DNA of 64,000 bases from Camelus dromedarius (lineage: Eukaryota). The notes below the pieces were generated by a model. It searched no databases. It saw nothing but the letters and a program-made list of their open reading frames with translations, and had not been told where the DNA came from. The stretch covers positions 108,130,001 to 108,194,000 of the forward strand of contig NC_087437.1 of assembly GCF_036321535.1 (NCBI RefSeq), written 5' to 3'. Position 1 is the stretch's first letter. Every line of letters begins with the position of its first letter. Positions 1-12,850 of the stretch are shown piece by piece. The position numbers and the translations under genes were made by a program.

Positions 1-693
1 TCATTTTTGCTTCTCAGCAGTCTTCAGTGACTCAGAATATAGGATAAACTGTTGCCCAGATAAGTGGTAGTCAAGGCTAATTTAAACCTTTATAAAATCC
101 AATTGTATGTAATTAGATAAAAGTTTCCTCCATTTCAAAAGACCATTTTAGTTAAATAATGTGTCTTCTTTCACATCAGTGGATTTACTTATGCAATTGA
201 AGAGAGTAAATTACTTCCATAATCTCACTCCCACCAATTAGATGAATAATCAAGTTTGTTGTATAAGTCATGGAAAGGTCACTTTCAATATGTTCTAAAG
301 AAACTCTACTCTAAGACATATTAAGCAGAGGGAAAATAAAATGATAATTGATATTCATTTATTAAAGCTGGTGTATAATTAATAATGTTTCTGAAATTTT
401 CCCTAAGCACATTCTATAACTTGCAGTTTAGAATTATAAGTGTTGAAATAAAGGACACCGATTTTTTCCCCCTTTATTCAGGCATCTACCCCTAGGAAAA
501 TAGCCATAGGAAAGTAATCTCCACAATCCAGATTTCCTATGGATGAAGCTTCAGGAGATCATCCTCAATCCTGATGTTAAACTCTTCTCATCAAATTAGT
601 TTAACTTAAGAAGCTTTGAATACATACAATTCTGAAGTCTGTTAAAACTGGTTCCAGCTAGCTAAGGGATCTACATACACACATATGGTAGAA

Positions 694-906
694 TGGGATT
701 TCAAAATTGTAGAATAGATAAACAAGATTACACTGTATAGCACAGGGAAATATACACAAAATGTTATGATAACTCACAGAGAAAAAAATGTGACAATGAG
801 TGTGTATATGTCCATGAATGACTGAAAAATTGTGCTGAACACTGGAATTTGACACAACATTGTAAAATGATTATAAATCAATAAAAAATGTTAAAAAAAA
901 AAAAAA
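694..906 (+). mobile_element. Young L1 3'UTR fragment with poly(A), heavily 5'-truncated
   Basis: Aligns by eye with the 3' ends at 24127-24335 and 58946-59144 (tagaatagataaacaagatt...tgtgacaatg...aataaa...A tail). Confidence 0.88.
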
Positions 907-2039
907 GAGTGAAGATCTTAATGCTGGAGAAAAAAAAAAAAAAGAAAGAAAAAGAAATACGTTAGATGATCCAGGTCAGTGTTATCAGAAAATTGCATCA
1001 AAATCAAATAAATACTAATACACATCAGAATGAAATAAATAGTAAACCTACGACAAATGTCAAGTGTCCCAGAAACTGCCTCTTTAACATTTGATTAAAT
1101 AACTCTGTCCAGCTCACCCTTGCCACTGTCAAAACTACCTACCAAAAGGTAAAATAAGAAATGGGGCTGGCACCATAAATATGGAGGGAAATGGTACTAG
1201 AGTTCAGAAAGCTTGTGTGGCTTTCTAGGACCTCCACAATAAGTAATCTACCACTCATATTTATTTACTGGATTCACTTTCTCATTTAACTCAAATATAT
1301 CAAATCCAATGACTTATTATAGTCTAGAATTTTATTTCTGTTTTGTTGCTCAAATTAATTAACTTTTTCTAAAATATAAACTATTGTGAATTAGGTGTGA
1401 TTGCAGTCTGAGCAAACAATAAGTGAAATTAAAGATATTAATTTGAGAGGCTGGTGGTGTCAAGATGTCTTCACAAAAGAGAAACACTAACACTAACATG
1501 TGAAAGATGAGTAGATTTTTCCTGGTAGGAACAATAATTAAAAAAAAAAAAACAGTTGAAAAGAATTTCAGGAAGTAAGATATTCTAAGAAGATAAAGAA
1601 AAAATAAAGATAATTGGATTGGAAGTTGGCAAGGCAAACTTCAGTTTATGGTGGATATGAAGCTGGATTTTAAGTTTACAATGAACAAATTATACTCAGA
1701 GTAGAGAAAATGATTTTTAAACTATTATTATTGAGAAATAACTGGACCCAGGGAAGACAATTTTCATCTTAGGACTTGATAATGTTCATAGACTTTAAAA
1801 AAATAGACACAGTGAAGGAGGAAGGAACTTATTAGCATAGCATCAAAAGATCCAAGAATTTGTATGGTGATGGCATATGTTAGTTGCTTAAGGAAAGAAC
1901 ATTGGAAGGTAGAAGGGGCTTTTGTTTCTCCTAGGTAGGAAGCAAAAAAAGTAAATGAAGATAAAGAGAAAAAAAAAAAAGTAGGAAAGAGAGAAAGAAG
2001 AACTACATGTGTAAACTTTAACATACTTACTTAAAATTA

Positions 2040-2160
2040 CTGTTCATGTGTTTCTCCTTCCAGACATGAACTTTGTGATAGATGAATCCTGGCTTAATGT
2101 CCCTTCATCTCTAGCACCTGACACAGGGCAGGTTCCTCAACATAGGTTTATGGAATGGAC
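2040..2160 (+). mobile_element. L2 3' end fragment (degraded)
   Basis: 'ctagcacctgacacagggcaggttcctcaacatag' resembles the L2 terminus. Confidence 0.5.
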
Positions 2161-3619
2161 TCGTGGAAGTAAAATAATTCTTGTCGTATGATTTCATTAT
2201 TTGGGGAGGATGGAGGAAATTGGATCCTCTGAGAATAGGGGAATTGGCAGTTAGTTGAGAGTCCACTTGGAACACCTGTTGAAAGGAACATGATAATGAT
2301 TTTTTTTTAAGTGAGGAACGATGAGAATAACATTAACTCGAAGTGGATGTGGTCGGCATGTTTTTGAGTTTTTAGCAACTGCAATTTGGAGAGCAGACGT
2401 AGAAAAATCAATCAGTGGATATAATAACAGATTGTCAATGCAGTCATTGTGGTGTGGCCTGTATACTGATGCTTTTGGAGGCTTGTGTGACAAATCACAT
2501 GGCTGCCTTTAGTATCCTGGCTGGCAATGAAGAAGAGTGAAATTAGAAGTAGGCTTTGGATTTGGAGAATAAAGGAACAGCAAATGTTAGAATTAAGATT
2601 TAAAAAGAACAGGCTTAATAGGGTTATGGAAGTGAGAGAGATAAAGTATATTAAAAAGAACTACTCTTGTAATTCTTCGCTTTCAAGGCAGAGAAATTTC
2701 AGCATTCAAAACTGTAGCGAGAGACGAAACAAAGGTGATAATTTCAATCCAGGTTACATCATTTATGTTTGTAGATACCAAATAAAATGGGCAGACCTCG
2801 GTTTTATAAGGATTGAAGCATTCTGAGCCAGCATGCTAGAAGAATCACTCACTTGGATGATGAAGCTAATAATCGGACTAGGGGGGAGAGAAAAATAGTG
2901 GACCAAGTATTCAAGAAATGAGACTGTTAAGAGGTTGTAGATTGGATGACTGTCAGGATGAAGAAACTATATGTTACGGCAAATATCTCAGAAAAGATCA
3001 GTGGTGAAAAAGATGTCTCAAAACGATAGTCGTGTGCAAGTAATCTTGGATGCCTCTTCCTTACCCAGATGGAAAAAAAGGTCTCTAGCCAAAGATAAGG
3101 AGAATTTCAGCCGTTAGAGAAAAGTCACTTCCAGCTACAGAGCAGGTGTGGAGGAAGTTCTTATACAAAACGCAGCCAAGAAAAGGAGCATTAGAACCCG
3201 CATTTTTCTAATTATTACATAAGAATATTAATAAGGTTTCTCTAAAAAAATCATATTGTGCCTGGGAGAGGCAATCAAAAAACATTTAATGTTGAATAGA
3301 AATTCATATATTTCTCTGAAAAACTCAGAGGCTAAATGATGAACCAAAACTGCTGTGTGAAAGCTGTCCTAGGTACAAAAATTGGAAATGTTTGCTCTCC
3401 ATTATTAACATCACAGGGCTATTTGGGGCTCCTCGATTCACCAGATGAAAAGAGGATACTGACCTAGACACACAGAAACATTCAGGCAATGAGCTGGTTT
3501 CCTGCACTTGTGCTACTCAGGGGACAGGACTCCACCCCCCAGTCTCCTCAGCATTGGTTAGGGAGAAGGAAGGACGTCACCTTTTTATCAGTTATTCAGT
3601 CCTTTATGGATAAAGAAGT

Positions 3620-4094
3620 GTGACAAACACTAGTTGCATCTAAATATCTGTATTTCCCTTTTCCCATAGCAATAAAAATGTTAGCTCTATAAGTAGATAC
3701 CCAGAATGAAAATACGTATTTCAAGCCCCCTTGCATCTAGGCGTGATCATATGACTAACTTAGACCTGTTGGGATTTGGGTGAAAGTTATCAGTTCACCT
3801 TCTAGGTAGCGTCCTTGTAGGAAAGGATGTGCCATCCCCGGCAGCCTTGTCTCTTCTCGCTGGTCCATGATCAACCCTGAAGTTAAGTACAGCATCCTAC
3901 GGGGTAATAGAGTGCCACCTGATAGAGGGAACTTAGGCGCCTTTTTTGACTTTGCTGAGTGGAGCCGTCAGAGCTGCTTGGAATTTTATGGAAAAAAACA
4001 GACTTCTATTATGTTTAATTTACTCTTGTTTGGATTTTAATTTACTCTTGTTTGGATTCTTGCTTACATTCAAACTCAAACACTGACTAATGCA
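3620..4094 (+). mobile_element. Old MaLR solo LTR (MLT1 G/H-like)
   Basis: Starts tg, ends 'actaatgca'; contains the MLT1-type motif 'cccttgcatctaggcgtgatcatatgactaa'. Confidence 0.7.
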
Positions 4095-4678
4095 GAAAGA
4101 AAGAGAGTGTAGTAAGATATAACATTTCTTACAGTGTCAGCCCAACCTAGCTGTAATAGCAATTGCTAAGTCAATAGTTGTTTGAATTATTTCGTAGCAA
4201 GTCATAGAGAAAAACAATGAAAGGCATTTTGCAATTGTTAGGCAGGGGAGAAGCCCTTTACTGAATAACATTTTTATAAATAACTCGGAGACATGGGGTA
4301 TTTATTTATGGAAAAGAGAATATAACCAACTGAAGTCTAGTGTGACTATAATCAAGTTTAAAAATGTTAATAAAATAAACTCTAGCAAACATCTACATTT
4401 AAAAGTCATTTTTATAAAGTTGAGCTTTTGAGTACAAGGTGTTACAATGGCAGGGTAAAGCTTTGATCATTTTTATTTCTAACTAGGAGTGTAGAAAAGT
4501 TAACATTATAGATACATACTAGAATGAAAGACTTATCTCCAGAGAGCTCTTGCTGGCAACAAGTTATAATATGGAGTCGTTTCTCATGTTTCTCAAAGTA
4601 TATATTATGAGAATATTTGGTATGTTTTCAACTATTGTATTTAGAAGAGTAATATTTTCCATAGTGGAAGTGCAAGTG

Positions 4679-5170
4679 TGTTATATACTGCTGTGTATAC
4701 AAAATACCCCAAAACTTACTGGCTTCACTTGACAAACACTGAATTTGCTCATGATACTTGGATCAGGAATTTGGGAAGGAGTGGGCTTGTCAGGCAAGAT
4801 GGCACTGGCATCATTCGCTCTCTTCCTTCACTGTGCTGGAAGGTCCAGGAAGTTCACTCGGATATTTAGCACCCATGTGTTCCTTCATGTGTTCTCTTCC
4901 TCTCCATTTAGGAAGACTAGGTTTCCTCACAAGACGGTGGTCATTGTGCTTCTTACACTGGCTTCCACGGGGGCATTCCAACAGCAGGGACAAAGGGAAG
5001 TGCAATTCTCTTATGGCTCAAGCTTGGAAGTTATACCTTGCCATTTCTAAGGCAATCTACTGTCAGCATGAGTCATGGAACCCATCCAGATTCAAGAAGA
5101 AAGAAAAGAGACCCCTCCTCTCAATTAGGAAGAGCAAAGAATGTGGTCATCTTTCATCCATCATGATACA
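4679..5170 (-). mobile_element. Old MaLR solo LTR (MLT1-like)
   Basis: 'ctgctgtgtatacaaaataccccaaaacttactggctt' is the reverse complement of an MLT1 3' end. Confidence 0.7.
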
Positions 5171-5424
5171 AAGCCAGATTCCAGATACGAAGGTAAAAAT
5201 ATGAAGAAGCTGCACAAATCCATAAATTAGAAAAAGGAAAAGAAAAAAACTTCCAATATAAAATTATCTCCTCAATATCTGGGCAACATTAAAAAATTCT
5301 CCATGAATAGTATGAAATTTCAGAAACCTGCAGGTAAAATTTGAACAGACTGCTGAAGGCATACAGTTTAAATGATGTATTTCTACCAAAATGTCTTCAA
5401 AAGTGGCAATAGTGAGGAATTTTA

Positions 5425-5560
5425 TTTATTTACTTAAAAATTATATTTTCCCCAGATTTATTGAGATATAATTGACATACAACATTGTGAAAATTTAAGG
5501 TGTATAACATGATGGCATGTATTGCAAAATGTTTACATGATACGGTTAGTTAACAGATCT
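5425..5560 (-). mobile_element. L1 3' terminal fragment
   Basis: 'tttattgagatataattgacatacaacattgt...aaggtgtataacatgatg' is a typical antisense L1M 3' end. Confidence 0.7.
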
Positions 5561-5639
5561 ATTATTTGAGGAAGTTTATTGAACTAAGAAGAAAAGTCTT
5601 CAAATAGACTAACTGGTTTCTTCATTCATACAATTGTTT

Positions 5640-5770
5640 CTGCATTTATTTATTTGTCCAACAAATGTTTCCTGAGGGCTCATCATGAGACCAAGGATTG
5701 TGTTAAGCAAAGAAGCTGTAACAAGGAAAAGACAAATGTTGTTTTCTTTCCTTCACGGTGCTTACAACTT
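5640..5770 (-). mobile_element. L2 3' end fragment
   Basis: 'catttatttatttgtccaacaaatgtttcctgagggctc' resembles the antisense L2 terminus. Confidence 0.6.
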
Positions 5771-8029
5771 CATGTTATAAATGAACTGGGAAGATCCTTC
5801 CTCTGGAGCCCTGATAATGCAGCACAACGTCAGCCTTTGTGTCATCCGTAGATAAGGATATTTATGTGAACAAGATTAATGTAACATAAAAATATAAAAT
5901 ACAAATTCATGGGTGGATTCAGTTATTTAAGCAAAGAAGCATAATTCAAGGTTTTGTTATACCCCCTGTTCATCCTAAATCTTTAGGCCAATGTCTAAAG
6001 CATGTTTTTTAAAAAAACAGATGCCTCCCAGCACACAGGATAGTCGCATCTGCTCTGTAGCTCCACATGGGAACATCTTCTCACTACTGAGCAGCACATC
6101 CCCAGTTCCAAGAACACATGAGCCTCTTAAAACAAAGTTGAAAATCTAGTGGCTTGCAAGTCAGCTGGCAGCGTATCTGCATTTTTCAGCAGGTTTGGAT
6201 ATTGGGGGGAGCTTAGAGTTCACTCTGTAACTGACCTCTCTGAGCCAAGTTCAGAGTGGTGTGAGTTATCAAACCTGACAGCTTTTTGGCAAGTCTTTGA
6301 AGGCTCTTGGGCCAGACTCCCTTCCAAGCTCAGCTGGGATCAATTAGGATAAATAATAGTTCTTGCAACAGCTAGTTCCTACCATGCTTTTAAAAAGTAT
6401 TTAGTGTGGAATAATGCAATTTATGGCTTACCTGTACCATGCTCTCTATTCAAAAGAAAATCAGATCAAATTGGAAGGTTCAAATACCCTGAATTTCAGA
6501 ACAAACAGTAGAGGGGTGGGGAGAGAGAAGACTCAAACAAAGAGACCAATATTTTGAGGCTTCCTTGTTCTCTAAATTTATCTAAGACATAATTAAACAT
6601 ATATTAAAATACTGTATTTCCCCCAAATCTGAATTTCTGCCCTAAATGCAGTATCTTGAAATTCTGGTTAAAACCTTACCCACCCTCCCCCCCACCAACA
6701 CATACACGCAATCAAGGACTTTGACCATTCGGTACCAAAGAGACTTGCTAGTGTATAAGGCACATTTTCGCTTCTAGGACAAACACTTAATCTAAGCACA
6801 GGTTAGTAGTGAATAATAAATGGCAAATAGCCAATGGAAGTCAGCAGTAAAGCAGCAAATAATTATGTTCTATAGTGATTTAATAATATGAATTTTCTTG
6901 CTTCATGTGAACCAAGCTCTGCTTTTATTGGGTGTTTCTCTCTATGTGGCCTGAAGGTAAGGCACCGCCGCTATCTCATGGCTAGAGTTCACACCTTGAC
7001 TCTTTGCCAGAAATTTGCTTTTCTGACCTTAGTAGTTGCTACTAGAATCATGAGACTATAGTGGCACCTCATTAATGGTTGTGTAGGTTTGACATTTGTC
7101 TCCCACAAAATGTAACTGCTTGTTTAAAACAAATGTAAGTGAAAATGTTGCTACATATGTGCTTTAGCAGTGTTTTCTGCTTCACTTGGTGTCTCCACTT
7201 TTTTGGCCTCAGCTCCTTGTATTTTTAACAACAGAAAAACCATTTATTGTTAACAAGAAGGTTTGGATTTGGGTAGGTTGTTTCTTTCCCCACTCAGAGA
7301 TAAAAAGTTATTTGAAGTTCTTTCTACAGTAACCTTTTGCATAAATGACCCGAATGAAGTTTTTTTCCAGGTAGATTTTATCCTCTATAATAATAACTTT
7401 GTTGAGTTATAGTGGCAATCACCAAAATATACGAAGCTTGTGGAGAAAATGATTTAATAATGTTTGCAAATATCCAAGCAGATCCTTTAATGCAATTAAT
7501 TATCGGCTCTGAAAATTTGCTAGAGTACTCATGTAGTACTGTTCCTGCCAACTGCTAAGGATGCAGTGATGCTCAGACACACCCCCTGCCCTCCCAGAGC
7601 TACCTAAGCCTGGAAGAGTTAAGTGCTCTCTCCAGCTCAGCGTCTAAATTTATGGAGTTTGTGGACCTGAATGACATAGTGATGCCAAATGGAACTGAAT
7701 GCTTAAGAATTATTAGTAATTATTATTTTAGTAAGTATCAAAACACCATGCTTTTTGCAGAATACAGTTTAAAATGAACACAATAAATGGTTTGGTTAAG
7801 TGGCACATAAAATATTTCATTGTTTTTCAATGTGAAGAATCTGAACTATGGCTTGTGTGTTTGTGTGTGTGTGCACTTTCTTGTACCTGAATCCTTGAAG
7901 ATCAGACTACTACATGTTCAAATTATTTTGAACCTCATTTTTGAATTACTGACTTTTACTTGAGAAGTTGGTGAAAAATATGTCAAAATTAGGCTAACAG
8001 AAGAAAGACATTAACATTTTTAGATTGAA

Positions 8030-8450
8030 TTCTGCCTAATTTAACAAATATTTACTGTCTTAAAATAGGATTTCACTGTTTAAAATATGAGGGAAACAAT
8101 GGATACAAGGCTTGGTCTTTAGTTACAGAGGCATTAAGAATCTCAATGAGAAAATCACAATAGAAAAAATAACAATGAAGTAAGAGTAAGAGATGACAAT
8201 CCTGAGTGGTTCAACGTGACAGTTGCATGAGCAAGAAGAAGACAGGGTTGCCTATGAACCGACATCCTTAAGGAAGGCTTTGTTGGAGAGTTATGACCCG
8301 TGCTTACCACTGTCCAATTTAGATGTCCAGAAAAGGGAAGAGAAAGCATAATAAATAAATTACTGAGAATCTGAACAGCGTGAGCAAGGGCTGAAAGGTG
8401 GAGCTGAGAATAAGGTCCCAGACTGACTAAATCACAATTAGACAATCATC
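8030..8450 (-). mobile_element. L2 fragment (degraded)
   Basis: Starts 'aatttaacaaatatttact' and continues as purine-rich antisense L2-like sequence. Confidence 0.5.
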
Positions 8451-9250
8451 TTCAAATGATCAAGAAATTACTTTAACTACAACATCTTGTAGCAAATTTT
8501 ACTTCCACAAGTACAATATTTATCAATTATGTTTACCTTGTTTATCTATACAATTTTTTGTATTTATTTCAGTAGAAATCACTTACTTTCATAGGGAGAA
8601 ATCCTTTTGTGACACACTGTCTCTCTTTTGCACAAATTTCCTGAAGGCAAACACCTGCAGAAATCCTCTGCAGGACAAGCCTAAGTCTAGAGTTTTAGTT
8701 TAGATATACTTGCACGTCTTTTTTTTCAATTTGTTTTGGTTTTTGTAAACATAGCATTATTTAAAATTAAGCATAAATTCAAGTAATAAATAATTTTAAA
8801 AAAATTAAGCATAGCTTTATTTCTTACTCATATTGTTATTCATGTATCTTAACTCTTGAGCATTTTTGATTCAGTCTCCCAGTTTTTCTTTTAGTTTTAT
8901 TAGAGGCTTAGTGTTTATTTTCATGTTCATGTAGGTTTTTGTATAAATAAATTACCTTGATATTTGTTTCAAATATTTTTCTAGGAGTTTAGCACTATAG
9001 TTTTACTATTTATGTTAATATGCACAAAATGTAAATTAGTAAGAGTACAGATCTATGATTATATATTTTCTGTAATTTATATTTAAATAATTTAGAAAAG
9101 TCAGTGGGAGATACATAGGTAGAAAAGTTACTTGTAATCTACAACCTTGACTGTTAGATCGTATCTGAGGGATGTTACCTGAAATCCATATTACAGAAAT
9201 AGCTAAGAAAAGTACTTAAATACTACAAATGAAATGTACAGTAGCAGGTT

Positions 9251-9615
9251 GTGGTAACTCGTCTCCAAAGAAGGCTCCCAGTGAACCAGCCTCCCATAAT
9301 TTGAACTCTTGTGTAGTCAATGCCCACAATGAATGAAGAGCCAATTCTTAACCTATACATTAAGAAAGTTTCCGGTTTCTAATTTTGAGCTCTTGGGAAC
9401 CCTGAGCCACCACAAAAGGTGCCAGTTACCCAGCTGGAGAGACTCTATGGAAATGCCCAAAGACCACATATTGGGGGAAAGAGTGACAGCTGTCTTAGCC
9501 TTCTGACTGAGTCTTCCATTACTCCCACCCCAGATACTACCTTACTGCAACCACATGGGAGACCCCATGTGAAACCAAAAGAAGAACCACATAGAGAAGA
9601 ATTTGAGACTTAATA
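9251..9615 (+). mobile_element. MaLR LTR fragment (MLT1 E/F-like)
   Basis: 'tgtggtaactcgtctccaaagaaggctcccagtgaacc' start; later 'actgcaaccacatgggagacccc'. Confidence 0.7.
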
Positions 9616-9649
9616 ATGAAGAAACAAGTTACATGAAAAACAAAAGATA

Positions 9650-10456
9650 CAAAGAATACAAGTTGCTGAAAGAGACTAATTACATTGAGTCGATAAGAGA
9701 AAATTTTCTCAACCTGATAAAGTTTATGTATAAAGAAAAATTCTACAGTTAAAATCATACTTAATAATGAAAGACTGAACCAATCCTGCTTAATATCAGG
9801 AACAAGGCAGTGATATACATTTTATCATGTTTACGCATCCCTGCACTAAAAGATCCAGCCAGTGGAATAGTATAAATAATACATACATACATACTTACAT
9901 ACAATACAATGCAGATTTTTTTTTTCAAATAGTAAATATGTGTGTAGGAAATTCTAAATAATCTACAAAATATTTCCTGTAACTCAGAAATAAACTTAGC
10001 AAGATTAGTTATGTAGTCAAATAAAAAATTCTGCCATTTGTCACAATATGGATGTACCTTGAAGACATTATGCTAAGTAAAATAAGCCACACACAGAAGG
10101 GTAAATATTGCATAATACTCCTTATACTAGGAATCTAGAAGAGTCAAACTCATAGAAGCAGAGGTAGAATGGTGGTTGCCAGGGGCTGGGGCAAAGGGAA
10201 ATGGGGAATTGTTTTTCAATGGGTATAAAGTTTCTGCTGTGCAAGATGAATAAGTTCTATGGACTGGCTGTAAAACAGTCTCTATAATTAACAACAATAT
10301 TGTACTCTTTATATAAGAGGATAGATATGTGGTTCAGGGTCTTGCTTGTGGTGATGGTATAACAGGTGTATGCATACATCCAAACTTATCAAAATATATA
10401 CATTAAATGTGTGCAGTTTTTGTATGTCAATTATACCTCAACAAAGCTAAAAAAAT
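9650..10456 (+). mobile_element. Old L1M mosaic: degraded ORF2 pieces plus an L1MA/MB-type 3' end (~10020-10456)
   Basis: 'ccatttgtcacaatatggatgtaccttgaagacattatgctaagt', 'agaatggtggttgccaggggctgggg', 'aattatacctcaacaaagct'. Confidence 0.8.
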
Positions 10457-10689
10457 TAAATGTCTTCAGTTGCATTTCATTTTGAGTAACGTCTTTTTTT
10501 CTTCTTCTCCATGGTCATGTTTTTATTTAACAATGAAACATTTAGAAAAGGAAACAAAGGCATGTTAATCTCATTGTATTAGTTTCTTGCCTGTATCACA
10601 AAGTTTAGTTTTTACTATAAATTGTATAATTTGAAATTTTACTTGGAAATTTAATTCTGGCATTTTCCTCATTATGAAATAACAATAAA

Positions 10690-11382
10690 CATTAAACATA
10701 GAATTTATATAGAACTCTTATAGATTAATAAGAGCAAGCAGTTCAAAAATCAGGCAAAAAATTAAACAGATATTTCACAGAAGAAAATATGCAGTGACAA
10801 ATAGAAGTAAGATGGCACAGTATCATTAGGAAGACAGAAATTACAATTATAGTGAGATAATGACTATACAAACACTAAAAAGGCTATAAAAATTAACAAA
10901 CTCAAGTGTTACAGAGATTCTGGAGCAATGGGGACTCTCATATATTGCTGTTGAAAATATAAAATGGAACAACTACTATGGAAAAGAAATTGTGTATAAG
11001 CATGCCATGAATCCTAGCTGGAAATAAAAAGCAATGGATTACTGATACTCAAAATGACATAGATAAACCTCAAATGCATTATGCTGAGTGAAAGGAGTCA
11101 GATACACACACAAAAAAGAATACATTTTATGATTCCATGTATATGACATCTAGAACAGGCAAAACCAATCTCCACTGTCAGAAATCAGATCAGTGGTTGC
11201 CAGGGTTGAGTGGAGAAAGTTGACTACAAAAAAGCGTGAAGGAACTTTGTAGGAGACAGAAACACTCTGTTTCTTGATTGTGATTATCACACTGATATGT
11301 GCATTCAGAGAAACTTATCAAACCGCAGTCAATGCATTTTATTGTATAAAAATTGTACCTCAATAAAGTTGAATTTTAAAAA
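10690..11382 (+). mobile_element. Old L1 (L1MC/ME-like) ORF2 end and 3'UTR
   Basis: 'ggagcaatggggactctcatatattgctg', 'cattatgctgagtgaaaggagtcagatac', 'tgtacctcaataaagttg'. Confidence 0.8.
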
Positions 11383-11389
11383 TTTTCTC

Positions 11390-11735
11390 AGAGAGATACC
11401 ACATACAATGAGTGGAACTGCTAAAAGTTTTAAAAGATCAGTCATAAGTCAATAGATCATAAGTTCTTTCTGTTGGAGAGCATGTTTAGCAACTAGACAT
11501 TTTATGTATTTCTGTTGGAAGTGAAAAATGGTACACTCTTTGGAAAACAGTTGGACAGTTTTTAATAAAGTTAAAAATACACGTACTGTATGACTCAGGA
11601 TAACCATTCTGAGGCATTTACTTAAGAGAAATAAAAATATATCCAACAAAACACCTGAACAAAAGTGCTTCTAGCATCTTTATTCATAATATCTCCAGTC
11701 TGTAAGTAGCCCAAGGGTTCATCAACAGCTGAAGA
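11390..11735 (+). mobile_element. Old L1M ORF2 3' fragment
   Basis: 'aaaatggtacactctttggaaaacagttgg...agcatctttattcataatatc'. Confidence 0.75.
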
Positions 11736-11737
11736 GA

Positions 11738-11768
11738 TAATCCTTCTTTTTATGGCTGAGTAGTATTC

Positions 11769-11818
<50 letters not shown>

Positions 11819-12850
11819 ATCTCACATCTTCTTTATCCATTAATGGACACTTTGCTTCCATATCTTGGCTATTGTAAATAGTGCTGCTATAAACATTAGG
11901 GTGCATGTGTCTTTCCAAATTAGCTTTTTTGTTTCTTTCAGATAAATATCCAGGAGTGGAACTGCTGGGTCATATGGGAGTTCTATTTTCACTTTTTTGA
12001 GAAACCACCATACTGTTTTCCACAGTAGCTGCACCAATTTACATTCCCACCAACAATGCACAGTGTCCCCTTTTCTTCACATCCTTGCCAACATTTTTTA
12101 TTTGCATTCTTTTTGAGCTTAGCCATTCTAATAGGTGTGAGGTGGTATGTCACTGTTGTTTTGATTTACATTTCCCTGATGATTAGCAGTGTTGAGCATC
12201 ATTTCATGTGCTTTTTGGCCATCTGCGTGTCCTCTTTGGAAAAATGTTTATTCAAGTTTTCTGCCTATTTTTTATTCTTTTTTTTTTATGTTGAGTTGTA
12301 TGAGCTGCTTATATAGTCTGGGTATTAACCCCTTATTGGCCATGTCATTTGAAAATATTTCCTCCCACTCTGTAGGTTGTCTTTTTTGTTTTGTTGATGG
12401 TTTACTATGCTGTGCAAAAGCTTTTAAGTCTAACCTGGTCCCATTTGTTTATTTTTGCTTTTATTTCCTTTGCTTTAGGAGACAGATCCAAAAATACATT
12501 GCTACCATTTATATCAAAGAGTGTTCTGCCTATGTTTCCCTCGAGGAGTTTTATGGTTTCAGGACTTACATTCAATAATTCATTTTAAGTTCATTTCTGT
12601 ACATAGTGTTACAGGATGTTGCAATTTTATTCTTTTACATGTAGCTGTCCAGATTTCCAAACACCACTCATTGAAGAGACTGTCTTTTCTCTATTGTATA
12701 TTCTCGTCTCCTTTTTCATGGAATAATTGACCATAAATGCATGAGTTTATTTCTGGGCTTTCTATTGTGTTACATCGATCTATGTTTGTTTTTGTGCCAG
12801 TACCATATTGTTTTGACTTCTGTAGCTTTGTAGTATTGTCTAAAGTCAAA
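11738..12850 (-). mobile_element. L1 ORF2 C-terminal fragment, truncated at both ends
   Basis: ORF 11840-12061(-) reads [22 protein letters not shown]...TLMFIAALFTIAK, the L1 ORF2p C-terminal signature. Confidence 0.93.
11774..11818. repeat. (TG)n microsatellite, one interruption
   Basis: Directly visible. Confidence 0.97.

Noticed and set aside
4550..5204. Overlapping ORFs up to 148 aa
   Set aside because: Mostly within an MLT1 LTR; no protein-like features
12056..12730. Hydrophobic + strand ORFs
   Set aside because: Antisense translations of L1 ORF2
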